Shown here: positions 39,244-53,400 of the stretch, piece by piece
Layout of the letters: the number at the start of each line of letters is the position of its first letter
Position numbering within the stretch: position 1 is the stretch's first letter
DNA from: the human T2T-CHM13v2.0 reference genome, Homo sapiens
DNA: 64,000 bases
Direction: 5' to 3' (one strand)
Assembly (NCBI RefSeq): GCF_009914755.1
Contig: NC_060928.1
Made by a program: the position numbers and the translations under genes
Notes under the pieces: generated by a model
Databases searched by the model: none
The model's input: the letters and a program-made list of their open reading frames with translations, nothing else
What the model was told of the DNA's origin: nothing

Positions 39244-41794
39244 AGCATTCTCAGAAACTTCTTTTTGATGTGTGTACTCAAGTAACAGAGTTGAACCTTC
39301 CTTTTGACACAGCAGTTTTGAAACAATCTTTTTGTAGAATCTGCAAGTGGATATTTGGATAGCTTTGAGGATTTCGTTGGAAACGGGATATCTTCATATA
39401 AAATCTAGACAGAAGCATTCTCAGAAACTTCTTTGTGCTGTATGTCCTCAATTAACAGAGTTGAACCATTGCTTGGAAACAGCATTTTGGAAACATTCCT
39501 TTAGTAGAATCCGCAAGTTGATATTTAGATAGATTTGAAGATTTCGTTGGAAAAGGGAATATCTCCATATAAAATCTAGAGGGAAGCATTCTCAGAAACT
39601 GTTTTGTGATGTTTCCATTCAAGTCACAGGGTTGAATATTCCCTTTTATAGAGCACGTTTGAAACACTCTTTCTGCACTATATGGAAGTGGACATTTCGA
39701 GCGCTTTGAGGCCTATGGTGAAAAAGGAAATATCTTCCCATAAAAACTAGACAGAAGCATTCTCAGAAACTTGTTTGTGATGTGTGTATTCAACTAACAG
39801 AGTTGAAATTTTGTTTTTACAGAGCCGTTTTAAAACACTCTTTTTGTGGAATCAGAAAATGGATATTCGGATGGCTCTGAGGATTTCGTTGGAAGCGGGA
39901 TTACATATAAAATCTAGAGAGAAGCATTCTCAGGAACTTCTTTGTGATGTTTCCATTGAAGTCACAGAATTGAACATTCACTTTGATAGAGCAGGTTTGA
40001 AACACTCATTCTGTAGTATCTGGAAGTGGACATTTCAAGCGCTTTCAGGCCTATGGTGAGAAAGGAAATATCTTCGAATAAAAACTAGACAGAAGCATCC
40101 TCAGAAACTTATTTGTGATGTGTGTCCTCAACTAACAGAGTTGAAACTTTGTTTTGATACAGCATTTTGGAAACACTCTTTTTGTAGAATCTGCAGGTGG
40201 ATATTTGGATAGCTTAGAGGGATTCGTTGGAAAGGGGATATCTTCATATAAAATCTAGACAGAAGCATTCTCAGAAACTTATTTGTGATGTGTGTCCTCA
40301 ACTAACAGAGTTGAACCTTGGTTTTGATACAGCATTTTGGAAACACTCCTTTTGTAGAATCTGCAGGTGGATATGCGGATAGCTCTGAAGATTTCGTTGG
40401 AAACGGGAATTTCTTCATATAAAATCAAACAGAAGCATTCTCAGAAACTTCTCAGTGATGTTTGCATTCAGCTCATGGAGTTGAACACTTCCTTTCATAG
40501 AGCCGGTTTGAAACACTCTTTCTGCACTACCTGGAAGAGGACATTTCGAGCGCTTTGAGGCCTATGGTGAAAAAGGAAATATCTTCTCATAAAAACCAGA
40601 AAGAAGCATTCTCAGAAACTTCTTTGTGTTGTGTGTACTCAAGTAACTGTGTTGAACCTTCCTTTTGACACAGCAGTTTTGAAACACTCTTTTGGTAGAA
40701 TCTGCAAGTGGATATTTGGATAGCTTTGAGGATTTCGTTGGAAACGGGTTATCTTCATATAAAATCAAGACAGGAGCATTCTCAGAAACTTCTTTGTGCT
40801 GCATGTCCTCAATTCACAGAGCTGAACCTTTGTTTGGATACAGCATTTTGGAAACATTCCTTTAGTAGAATCTGCAAGTTGATATTTAGATAGCTTTGAA
40901 GATTTCGTTGGAAACGGGAATATCTTCATAGAAAATCTAGACGGAAGCATTCTCAGAAACTGCTTTGTGATGTTTGCATTCAAGTCACAGAGTTGAATAT
41001 TCCCTTTTATAGAGTAGGTTTGAAACACTCTTTTGGCACTACCTGGAAGTGGATATTTCGAGCTCTTTGAGGCCTATGGTTAAAAGGAAATATCTTCCCA
41101 TAAAAACTAGACAGAAGCCGTCTCAGAAACTTGTTTGTGATGTGTGTATTCAACTAACAGAGTTGAACATTTCTGTTACAGAGCAATTTTAAAACACTCT
41201 TTTTGTGGAATCTGAAAGTGGATAATTGGATAGCTTTGTGGATTTCGTTGGAAACGGGATGATGTATAAAATCTAGAGAGAAGCATTCTCAGGAACTTCT
41301 TTCTGATGTTTGCATTCAAGTCACAGAATTGAACATTCCTTTTCATAGTGCAGGTTTGAAACACTCTTTCTGTAGTATCTGGAAGTGGACATTTCAAGTG
41401 CTTTCAGGCCTACGGGGAGAAAGGAAATATCTTCAAATAAAAACTAGACAGAAGGATTCTCAGAAACTTATTTGTGATGTGTCTCCTAAACGAACACAGT
41501 TGAACCTTTGTTTTGATACAGCATTTTGGAAACACTCCTTTTGTAGGATCTGCAGGTGGATATTTGGATAGATTTTAAGATTTCGTTGGAAACGGGAGTT
41601 TCTTCATAGAAACTCAAGACAGATGCATTCTCAGAAACATCTCTGTGATGTTTGCATTCCACTCATAGAGTTGAAAACTTCCTTTCATAGAGCAGGTTTG
41701 AAACACTCTTTTTGTAATATTTGGAAGTGGACATTTGCAGCGCTTTGAGGCCTATGGTGAAAAAGGAAATATCTTCTCATAAAAACCAGAAACA
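39244..41794 (+). repeat. HOR unit 14: 15-mer variant
   Basis: Period 2551; m8 state GAAGAGG (40538) then m12 state GAGGCC (40560), then m13. Confidence 0.93.
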
Positions 41795-44700
41795 AGCATT
41801 CTCAGAAACTTCTTTTTGATGTGTGTACTCAAGTAACAGAGTTGAACCTTCCTTTTGACACAGCAGTTTTGAAACAATCTTTTTGTAGAATCTGCAAGTG
41901 GATATTTGGATAGCTTTGAGGATTTCGTTGGAAACGGGATATCTTCATATAAAATCTAGACAGAAGCATTCTCAGAAACTTCTTTGTGCTGTATGTCCTC
42001 AATTAACAGAGTTGAACCATTGCTTGGATACAGCATTTTGGAAACATTCCTTGAGTAGAATCTGCAAGTTGATATTTAGATAGATTTGAAGATTTCGTTG
42101 GAAAAGGGAATATCTCCATATAAAATCTAGAGGGAAGCATTCTCAGAAACTGCTTTGTGATGTTTCCATTCAAGTCACAGAGTTGAATATTCCCTTTTAT
42201 AGAGCACGTTTGAAACACTCTTTCTGCACTATCTGGAAGTGGACATTTCGAGCGCTTTGAGGCCTATGGTGAAAAAGGAAATATCTTCCCATAAAAACTA
42301 GACAGAAGCATTCTCAGAAACTTGTTTGTGATGTGTGTATTCAACTAACAGAGTTGAACTTTTGTTTTTACAGAGCCGTTTTAAAACACTCTTTTTGTGG
42401 AATCAGAAAGTGGATATTCGGATGGCTCTGAGGATTTCGTTGGAAGCGGGATTACATATAAAATCTAGAGAGAAGCATTCTCAGGAACTTCTTTGTGATG
42501 TTTGCATTGAAGTCACAGAATTGAACATTCACTTTGATAGAGCAGGTTTGAAACACTCATTCTGTAGTATCTGGAAGTGGACATTTCAAGCGCTTTCAGG
42601 CCTATGGTGAAAAAGGAAATATCTTCGAATAAAAACTAGACAGAAGCATCCTCAGAAACTTATTTGTGATGTGTGTCCTCAACTAACAGAGTTGAAACTT
42701 TGTTTTGATACAGCATTTTGGAAACACTCCTTTTGTAGAATCTGCAGGTGGATATGTGGATAGCTCTGAAGATTTCGTTGGAAACGGGAATTTCTTCATA
42801 TAAAATCAAACAGAAGCATTCTCAGAAACTTCTCAGTGATGTTTGCATTCAGCTCATGGAGTTGAACACTTCCTTTCATAGAGCCGGTTTGAAACACTCT
42901 TTCTGCACTACCTGGAAGAGGACATTTCGAGCGCTTTGAGTCCTATGGTGAAAAAGGAAATATCTTCTCATAAAAACCAGAAAGAAGCATTCTCAGAAAC
43001 TTCTTTGTGTTGTGTGTACTCATGTAACAGTGTTGAACCATCCTTTTGACAGAGCAGTTTTGAAACACTCTTTTTGTGGAATCTGCAAGTGGATATTTGG
43101 ATACCTTTGAGGATTTCGTTGGAAACGGGATGACATATAATATCTAGAGAGAAGCATTCTCAGGAACTTCTTTGTGATGTTTGCGTTCAAGTCACAGAAT
43201 TGAACATTCCCTTTCATAGAGCAGATTTGAAACACTCTTTCTCTAGTATCTGGAAGTGGGCATTTCAAGCGCTTTCAGGCCTATGGAGAGAAAGGAAATA
43301 CCTTCAAATAAAAACTAGACAGAAGCATTCTCAGAAACTTATTTGTGATGTGTGTCCTCAACTAACAGAGTTGAACCTTTGTTTTGATACAGCATTTTGG
43401 AAACACTCCTTTTGTAGAATCTGCAGGTGGATATTTGGATAGCTTTGAAGATTTCGTTGGAAACCGGAATATCTTCATATAAAATCAAGACAGAAGCATT
43501 CTCGGAAACATCTCTGTGATGTTTGCATTCAACTCAGTAGAGTTGAACACTTCCTTTCATAGAGCAGGTTTGAAACACTCTTTCTGCACTACCTGGAAGC
43601 GGACATTTCGAGCGCTTTGAGGCCTATGGTGAAAAAGGAAATATCTTTTCATAAAAACCAGAAAGAAGCATTCTCAGAAACTTCTTTGTGTTGTGTGTAC
43701 TCAAGTAACAGTGTTGAACCTTCCTTTTGACACAGCAGTTTTGAAACACTCTTTTGGTAGAATCTGCAAGTGGATATTTGGATAGCTTTGAGGATTTCGT
43801 TGGAAACGGGTTATCTTCATATAAAATCCAGACAGGAGCATTCTCAGAAACTTCTTTGTGCTGCATGTCCTCAATTCACAGAGCTGAACCTTTGTTTGGA
43901 TACAGCATTTTGGAAACATTCCTTTAGTAGAATCTGCAAGTTGATATTTAGATAGCTTTGAAGATTTCGTTGGAAACGGGAATATCTTCATAGAAAATCT
44001 AGACGGAAGCATTCTCAGAAACTGCTTTGTGATGTTTGCATTCAAGTCACTGAGTTGAATATTCCCTTTTATAGAGTAGGTTTGAAACACTCTTTCGGCA
44101 CTACCTGGAAGTGGATATTTCGAGCTCTTTGAGGCCTATGGTTAAAAGGAAATATCTTCCCATAAAAACTAGACAGAAGCCGTCTCAGAAACTTGTTTGT
44201 GATGTGTGTATTCAACTACCAGAGTTGAACATTTCTGTTACAGAGCAATTTTAAAACACTCTTTTTGTGGAATCTGAAAGTGGATAATTGGATAGCTTTG
44301 TGGATTTCGTTGGAAACGGGATGACGTATAAAATCTAGAGAGAAGCATTCTCAGGAACTTCTTTCTGATGTTTGCATTCAAGTCACAGAATTGAACATTC
44401 CTTTTCATAGTGCAGGTTTGAAACACTCTTTCTGTAGTATCTGGAAGTGGACATTTCAAGCGCTTTCAGGCCTACGGGGAGAAAGGAAATATCTTCAAAT
44501 AAAAACTAGATAGAAGGATTCTCAGAAACTTATTTGTGATGTGTGTCCTAAACGAACACAGTTGAACCTTTGTTTTGATACAGCATTTTGGAAACACTCC
44601 TTTTGTAGGATCTGCAGGTGGATATTTGGATAGATTTTAAGATTTCGTTGGAAACGGGAGTTTCTTCATAGAAACTCAAGACAGATGCATTCTCAGAAAC

Positions 44701-44856
44701 ATCTCTGTGATGTTTGCATTCCACTCATAGAGTTGAAAACTTCCTTTCATAGAGCAGGTTTGAAACACTCTTTTTGTAATATTTGGAAGTGGACATTTGC
44801 AGCGCTTTGAGGCCTATGGTGAAAAAGGAAATATCTTCTCATAAAAACCAGAAACA
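41795..44856 (+). repeat. HOR unit 15: 18-mer variant
   Basis: Period 3062; m6/m7 junction ~42703-42729. Confidence 0.93.
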
Positions 44857-47407
44857 AGCATTCTCAGAAACTTCTTTTTGATGTGTGTACTCAAGTAACA
44901 GAGTTGAACCTTCCTTTTGACACAGCAGTTTTGAAACAATCTTTTTGTAGAATCTGCAAGTGGATATTTGGATAGCTTTGAGGATTTCGTTGGAAACGGG
45001 ATATCTTCATATAAAATCTAGACAGAAGCATTCTCAGAAACTTCTTTGTGCTGTATGTCCTCAATTAACAGAGTTGAACCATTGCTTGGATACAGCATTT
45101 TGGAAACATTCCTTTAGTAGAATCCGCAAGTTGATATTTAGATAGATTTGAAGATTTCGTTGGAAAAGGGAATATCTCCATATAAAATCTAGAGGGAAGC
45201 ATTCTCAGAAACTGTTTTGTGATGTTTCCATTCAAGTCACAGTTTTGAATATTCCCTTTTATAGAGCACGTTTGAAACACTCTTTCTGCACTATCTGGAA
45301 GTGGACATTTCGAGCGCTTTGAGGCCTATGGTGAAAAAGGAAATATCTTCCCATAAAAACTAGACAGAAGCATTCTCAGAAACTTGTTTGTGATGTGTGT
45401 ATTCAACTAACAGAGTTGAACTTTTGTTTTTACAGAGCCGTTTTAAAACACTCTTTTTGTGGAATCAGAAAATGGATATTCGGATGGCTCTGAGGATTTC
45501 GTTGGAAGCGGGATTACATATAAAATCTAGAGAGAAGCATTCTCAGGAACTTCTTTGTGATGTTTGCATTGAAGTCACAGAATTGAACATTCACTTTGAT
45601 AGAGCAGGTTTGAAACACTCATTCTGTAGTATCTGGAACTGGACATTTCAAGCGCTTTCAGGCCTATGGTGAGAAAGGAAATATCTTCGAATAAAAACTA
45701 GACAGAAGCATCCTCAGAAACTTATTTGTGATGTGTGTCCTCAACTAACAGAGTTGAAACTTTGTTTTGATACAGCATTTTGGAAACACTCTTTTTGTAG
45801 AATCTGCAGGTGGATATTTGGATAGCTTAGAGGGATTCGTTGGAAAGGGGATATCTTCATATAAAATCTAGACAGAAGCATTCTCAGAAACTTATTTGTG
45901 ATGTGTGTCCTCAACTAACAGAGTTGAACCTTGGTTTTGATACAGCATTTTGGAAACACTCCTTTTGTAGAATCTGCAGGTGGATATGTGGATAGCTCTG
46001 AAGATTTCGTTGGAAACGGGAATTTCTTCATATAAAATCAAACAGAAGCATTCTCAGAAACTTCTCAGTGATGTTTGCATTCAGCTCATGGAGTTGAACA
46101 CTTCCTTTCATAGAGCCGGTTTGAAACACTCTTTCTGCACTACCTGGAAGAGGACATTTCGAGCGCTTTGAGGCCTATGGTGAAAAAGGAAATATCTTCT
46201 CATAAAAACCAGAAAGAAGCATTCTCAGAAACTTCTTTGTGTTGTGTGTACTCAAGTAACTGTGTTGAACCTTCCTTTTGACACAGCAGTTTTGAAACAC
46301 TCTTTTGGTAGAATCTGCAAGTGGATATTTGGATAGCTTTGAGGATTTCGTTGGAAACGGGTTATCTTCATATAAAATCAAGACAGGAGCATTCTCAGAA
46401 ACTTCTTTGTGCTGCATGTCCTCAATTCACAGAGCTGAACCTTTGTTTGGATACAGCATTTTGGAAACATTCCTTTAGTAGAATCTGCAAGTTGATATTT
46501 AGATAGCTTTGAAGATTTCGTTGGAAACGGGAATATCTTCATAGAAAATCTAGACGGAAGCATTCTCAGAAACTGCTTTGTGATGTTTGCATTCAAGTCA
46601 CAGAGTTGAATATTCCCTTTTATAGAGTAGGTTTGAAACACTCTTTTGGCACTACCTGGAAGTGGATATTTCGAGCTCTTTGAGGCCTATGGTTAAAAGG
46701 AAATATCTTCCCATAAAAACTAGACAGAAGCCGTCTCAGAAACTTGTTTGTGATGTGTGTATTCAACTAACAGAGTTGAACATTTCTGTTACAGAGCAAT
46801 TTTAAAACACTCTTTTTGTGGAATCTGAAAGTGGATAATTGGATAGCTTTGTGGATTTCGTTGGAAACGGGATGACGTATAAAATCTAGAGAGAAGCATT
46901 CTCAGGAACTTCTTTCTGATGTTTGCATTCAAGTCACAGAATTGAACATTCCTTTTCATAGTGCAGGTTTGAAACACTCTTTCTGTAGTATCTGGAAGTG
47001 GACATTTCAAGCGCTTTCAGGCCTACGGGGAGAAAGGAAATATCTTCAAATAAAAACTAGACAGAAGGATTCTCAGAAACTTATTTGTGATGTGTGTCCT
47101 AAACGAACACAGTTGAACCTTTGTTTTGATACAGCATTTTGGAAACACTCCTTTTGTAGGATCTGCAGGTGGATATTTGGATAGATTTTAAGATTTCGTT
47201 GGAAACGGGAGTTTCTTCATAGAAACTCAAGACAGATGCATTCTCAGAAACATCTCCGTGATGTTTGCATTCCACTCATAGAGTTGAAAACTTCCTTTCA
47301 TAGAGCAGGTTTGAAACACTCTTTTTGTAATATTTGGAAGTGGACATTTGCAACGCTTTGAGGCCTATGGTGAAAAAGGAAATATCTTCTCATAAAAACC
47401 AGAAACA
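44857..47407 (+). repeat. HOR unit 16: 15-mer variant (related to unit 14)
   Basis: Period 2551; same junction state as unit 14. Confidence 0.93.
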
Positions 47408-50400
47408 AGCATTCTCAGAAACTTCTTTTCGATGTGTGTACTCAAGTAACAGAGTTGAACCTTCCTTTTGACACAGCAGTTTTGAAACAATCTTTTTGTA
47501 GAATCTGCAAGTGGATATTTGGATAGCTTTGAGGATTTCGTTGGAAACGGGATATCTTCATATAAAATCTAGACAGAAGCATTCTCAGAAACTTCTTTGT
47601 GCTGTATGTCCTCAATTAACAGAGTTGAACCATTGCTTGGATACAGCATTTTGGAAACATTCCTTGAGTAGAATCTGCAAGTTGATATTTAGATAGATTT
47701 GAAGATTTCGTTGGAAAAGGGAATATCTCCATATAAAATCTAGAGGGAAGCATTCTCAGAAACTGCTTTGTGATCTTTCCATTCAAGTCACAGAGTTGAA
47801 TATTCCCTTTTATAGAGCACGTTTGAAACACTCTTTCTGCACTATCTGGAAGTGGACATTTCGAGCGCTTTGAGGCCTATGGTGAAAAAGGAAATATCTT
47901 CCCATAAAAACTAGACAGAAGCATTCTCAGAAACTTGTTCGTGATGTGTGTATTCAACTAACAGAGTTGAACTTTTGTTTTTACAGAGCCGTTTTAAAAC
48001 ACTCTTTTTGTGGAATCAGAAAGTGGATATTCGGATGGCTCTGAGGATTTCGTTGGAAGCGGGATTACATATAAAATCTAGAGAGAAGCATTCTCAGGAA
48101 CTTCTTTGTGATGTTTGCATTGAAGTCACAGAATTGAACATTCACTTTGATAGAGCAGGTTTGAAACACTCATTCTGTAGTATCTGGAAGTGGACATTTC
48201 AAGCGCTTTCAGGCCTATGGTGAGAAAGGAAATATCTTCGAATAAAAACTAGACAGAAGCATCCTCAGAAACTTATTTGTGATGTGTGTCCTCAACTAAC
48301 AGAGTTGAAACTTTGTTTTGATACAGCATTTTGGAAACACTCTTTTTGTAGAATCTGCAGGTGGATATTTGGATAGCTTAGAGGGATTCGTTGGAAAGGG
48401 GATATCTTCATATAAAATCTAGACAGAAGCATTCTCAGAAACTTATTTGTGATGTGTGTCCTCAACTAACAGAGTTGAACCTTGGTTTTGATACAGCATT
48501 TTGGAAACACTCCTTTTGTAGAATCTGCAGGTGGATATGTGGATAGCTCTGAAGATTTCGTTGGAAACGGGAATTTCTTCATATAAAATCAAACAGAAGC
48601 ATTCTCAGAAACTTCTCAGTGATGTTTGCATTCAGCTCATGGAGTTGAACACTTCCTTTCATAGAGCCGGTTTGAAACACTCTTTCTGCACTACCTGGAA
48701 GAGGACATTTCGAGCGCTTTGAGTCCTATGGTGAAAAAGGAAATATCTTCTCATAAAAACCAGAAAGAAGCATTCTCAGAAACTTCTTTGTGTTGTGTGT
48801 ACTCATGTAACAGTGTTGAACCATCCTTTTGACAGAGCAGTTTTGAAACACTCTTTTTGTAGAATCTGCAAGTGGATATTTGGATAGCTTTGAGGATTTC
48901 GTTGGAAACGGGATGACATATAATATCTAGAGAGAAGCATTCTCAGGAACTTCTTTGTGATGTTTGCATTCAAGTCACAGAATTGAACATTCCCTTTCAT
49001 AGAGCAGGTTTGAAACACTCTTTCTCTAGTATCTGGAAGTGGGCATTTCAAGCGCTTTCAGGCCTATGGAGAGAAAGGAAATACCTTCAAATAAAAACTA
49101 GACAGAAGCATTCTCAGAAACTTATTTGTGATGTGTGTCCTCAACTAACAGAGTTGAACCTTTGTTTTGATACAGCATTTTGGAAACACTCCTTTTGTAG
49201 AATCTGCAGGTGGATATTTGGATAACTTTGAAGATTTCGTTGGAAACCGGAATATCTTCATATAAAATCAAGACAGAAGCATTCTCGGAAACATCTCTGT
49301 GATGTTTGCATTCAACTCAGTAGAGTTGAACACTTCCTTTCATAGAGCAGGTTTGAAACACTCTTTCTGCACTACCTGGAAGAGGACATTTCGAGCGCTT
49401 TGAGGCCTATGGTGAAAAAGGAAATATCTTCTCATAAAAACCAGAAAGAAGCATTCTCAGAAACTTCTTTGTGTTGTGTGTACTCAAGTAACAGTGTTGA
49501 ACCTTCCTTTTGACACAGCAGTTTTGAAACACTCTTTTGGTAGAATCTGCAAGTGGATATTTGGATAGCTTTGAGGATTTCGTTGGAAACGGGTTATCTT
49601 CATATAAAATCCAGACAGGAGCATTCTCAGAAACTTCTTTGTGCTGCATGTCCTCAATTCACAGAGCTGAACCTTTGTTTGGATACAGCATTTTGGAAAC
49701 ATTCCTTTAGTAGAATCTGCAAGTTGATATTTAGATAGCTTTGAAGATTTCGTTGGAAACAGGAATATCTTCATAGAAAATCTAGACGGAAGCATTCTCA
49801 GAAACTGCTTTGTGATGTTTGCATTCAAGTCACAGAGTTGAATATTCCCTTTTATAGAGTAGGTTTGAAACACTCTTTTGGCACTACCTGGAAGTGGATA
49901 TTTCGAGCTGAGGCCTATGGTTAAAAGGAAATATCTTCCCATAAAAACTAGACAGAAGCCGTCTCAGAAACTTGTTTGTGATGTGTGTATTCAACTAACA
50001 GAGTTGAACATTTCTGTTACAGAGCAATTTTAAAACACTCTTTTTGTGGAATCTGAAAGTGGATAATTGGATAGCTTTGTGGATTTCGTTGGAAACGGGA
50101 TGACGTATAAAATCTAGAGAGAAGCATTCTCAGGAACTTCTTTCTGATGTTTGCATTCAAGTCACAGAATTGAACATTCCTTTTCATAGTGCAGGTTTGA
50201 AACACTCTTTCTGTAGTATCTGGAAGTGGACATTTCAAGCGCTTTCAGGCCTACGGGGAGAAAGGAAATATCTTCAAATAAAAACTAGACAGAAGGATTC
50301 TCAGAAACTTATTTGTGATGTGTGTCCTAAACGAACACAGTTGAACCTTTGTTTTGATACAGCATTTTGGAAACACTCCTTTTGTAGGATCTGCAGGTGG

Positions 50401-53400
50401 ATATTTGGATAGATTTTAAGATTTCGTTGGAAACGGGAGTTTCTTCATAGAAACTCAAGACAGATGCATTCTCAGAAACATCTCTGTGATGTTTGCATTC
50501 CACTCATAGAGTTGAAAACTTCCTTTCATAGAGCAGGTTTGAAACACTCTTTTTGTAATATTTGGAAGTGGACATTTGCAGCGCTTTGAGGCCTATGGTG
50601 AAAAAGGAAATATCTTCTCATAAAAACCAGAAACAAGCATTCTCAGAAACTTCTTTTTGATGTGTGTACTCAAGTAACAGAGTTGAACCTTCCTTTTGAC
50701 ACAGCAGTTTTGAAACAATCTTTTTGTAGAATCTGCAAGTGGATATTTGGATAGCTTTGAGGATTTCGTTGGAAACGGGATATCTTCATATAAAATCTAG
50801 ACAGAAGCATTCTCAGAAACTTCTTTGTGCTGTATGTCCTCAATTAACAGAGTTGAACCATTGCTTGGATACAGCATTTTGGAAACATTCCTTGAGTAGA
50901 ATCTGCAAGTTGATATTTAGATAGATTTGAAGATTTCGTTGGAAAAGGGAATATCTCCATATAAAATCTAGAGGGAAGCATTCTCAGAAACTGCTTTGTG
51001 ATGTTTCCATTCAAGTCACAGAGTTGAATATTCCCTTTTATAGAGCACGTTTGAAACACTCTTTCTGCACTATCTGGAAGTGGACATTTCGAGCGCTTTG
51101 AGGCCTATGGTGAAAAAGGAAATATCTTCCCATAAAAACTAGACAGAAGCATTCTCAGAAACTTGTTCGTGATGTGTGTATTCAACTAACAGAGTTGAAC
51201 TTTTGTTTTTACAGAGCCGTTTTAAAACACTCTTTTTGTGGAATCAGAAAGTGGATATTCGGATGGCTCTGAGGATTTCGTTGGAAGCGGGATTACATAT
51301 AAAATCTAGAGAGAAGCATTCTCAGGAACTTCTTTGTGATGTTTGCATTGAAGTCACAGAATTGAACATTCACTTTGATAGAGCAGGTTTGAAACACTCA
51401 TTCTGTAGTATCTGGAAGTGGACATTTCAAGCGCTTTCAGGCCTATGGTGAGAAAGGAAATATCTTCGAATAAAAACTAGACAGAAGCATCCTCAGAAAC
51501 TTATTTGTGATGTGTGTCCTCAACTAACAGAGTTGAAACTTTGTTTTGATACAGCATTTTGGAAACACTCTTTTTGTAGAATCTGCAGGTGGATATTTGG
51601 ATAGCTTAGAGGGATTCGTTGGAAAGGGGATATCTTCATATAAAATCTAGACAGAAGCATTCTCAGAAACTTATTTGTGATGTGTGTCCTCAACTAACAG
51701 AGTTGAACCTTGGTTTTGATACAGCATTTTGGAAACACTCCTTTTGTAGAATCTGCAGGTGGATATGTGGATAGCTCTGAAGATTTCGTTGGAAACGGGA
51801 ATTTCTTCATATAAAATCAAACAGAAGCATTCTCAGAAACTTCTCAGTGATGTTTGCATTCAGCTCATGGAGTTGAACACTTCCTTTCATAGAGCCGGTT
51901 TGAAACACTCTTTCTGCACTACCTGGAAGAGGACATTTCGAGCGCTTTGAGTCCTATGGTGAAAAAGGAAATATCTTCTCATAAAAACCAGAAAGAAGCA
52001 TTCTCAGAAACTTCTTTGTGTTGTGTGTACTCATGTAACAGTGTTGAACCATCCTTTTGACAGAGCAGTTTTGAAACACTCTTTTTGTAGAATCTGCAAG
52101 TGGATATTTGGATAGCTTTGAGGATTTCGTTGGAAACGGGATGACATATAATATCTAGAGAGAAGAATTCTCAGGAACTTCTTTGTGATGTTTGCATTCA
52201 AGTCACAGAATTGAACATTCCCTTTCATAGAGCAGGTTTGAAACACTCTTTCTCTAGTATCTGGAAGTGGGCATTTCAAGCGCTTTCAGGCCTATGGAGA
52301 GAAAGGAAATACCTTCAAATAAAAACTAGACAGAAGCATTCTCAGAAACTTATTTGTGATGTATGTCCTCAACTAACAGAGTTGAACCTTTGTTTTGATA
52401 CAGCATTTTGGAAACACTCCTTTTGTAGAATCTGCAGGTGGATATTTGGATAGCTTTGAAGATTTCGTTGGAAACCGGAATATCTTCATATAAAATCAAG
52501 ACAGAAGCATTCTCGGAAACATCTCTGTGATGTTTGCATTCAACTCAGTAGAGTTGAACACTTCCTTTCATAGAGCAGGTTTGAAACACTCTTTCTGCAC
52601 TACCTGGAAGCGGACATTTCGAGCGCTTTTAGGACTATGGTGAAAAAGGAAATATCTTCTCATAAAAACCAAAAGAAGCATTCTCAGAAACTTCTTTGTG
52701 TTGTGTGTACTCAAGTAACAGTGTTGAACCTTCCTTTTGACAGAGCAGTTTTGAAACACTCTTTTGGTAGAATCTGCAAGTGGATATTTGGATAGCTTTG
52801 AGGATTTCGTTGGAAACGGGTTATCTTCATATAAAATCCAGACAGGAGCATTCTCAGAAACTTCTTTGTGCTGTATGTCCTCAATTCACAGAGCTGAACC
52901 TTTGTTTGGATACAGCATTTTGGAGACATTCCTTTAGTAGAATCTGCAAGTTGATATTTAGATAGCTTTGAAGATTTCGTTGGAAACGGGAATATCTTCA
53001 TAGAAAATCTAGACGGAAGCATTCTCAGAAACTGCTTTGTGATGTTTGCATTCAAGTCACAGAGTTGAATATTCCCTTTTATAGAGTAGGTTTGAAACAC
53101 TCTTTCGGCACTACCTGGAAGTGGATATTTCGAGCTCTTTGAGGCCTATCGTTAAAAGGAAATATCTTCCCATAAAAACTAGACAGAAGCCGTCTCAGAA
53201 ACTTGTTTGTGATGTGTGTATTCAACTACCAGAGTTGAACATTTCTGTTACAGAGCAATTTTCAAACACTCTTTTTGTGGAATCTGAAAGTGGATAATTG
53301 GATAGCTTTGTGGATTTCGTTGGAAACGGGATGACGTATAAAATCTAGAGAGAAGCATTCTCAGGAACTTCTTTCTGATGTTTGCATTCAAGTCACAGAA

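Noticed and set aside
49484-49942. Unique longer 152-aa minus-strand ORF
   Set aside because: It results from the 4-bp deletion shifting the frame of a spurious 129-aa satellite ORF.
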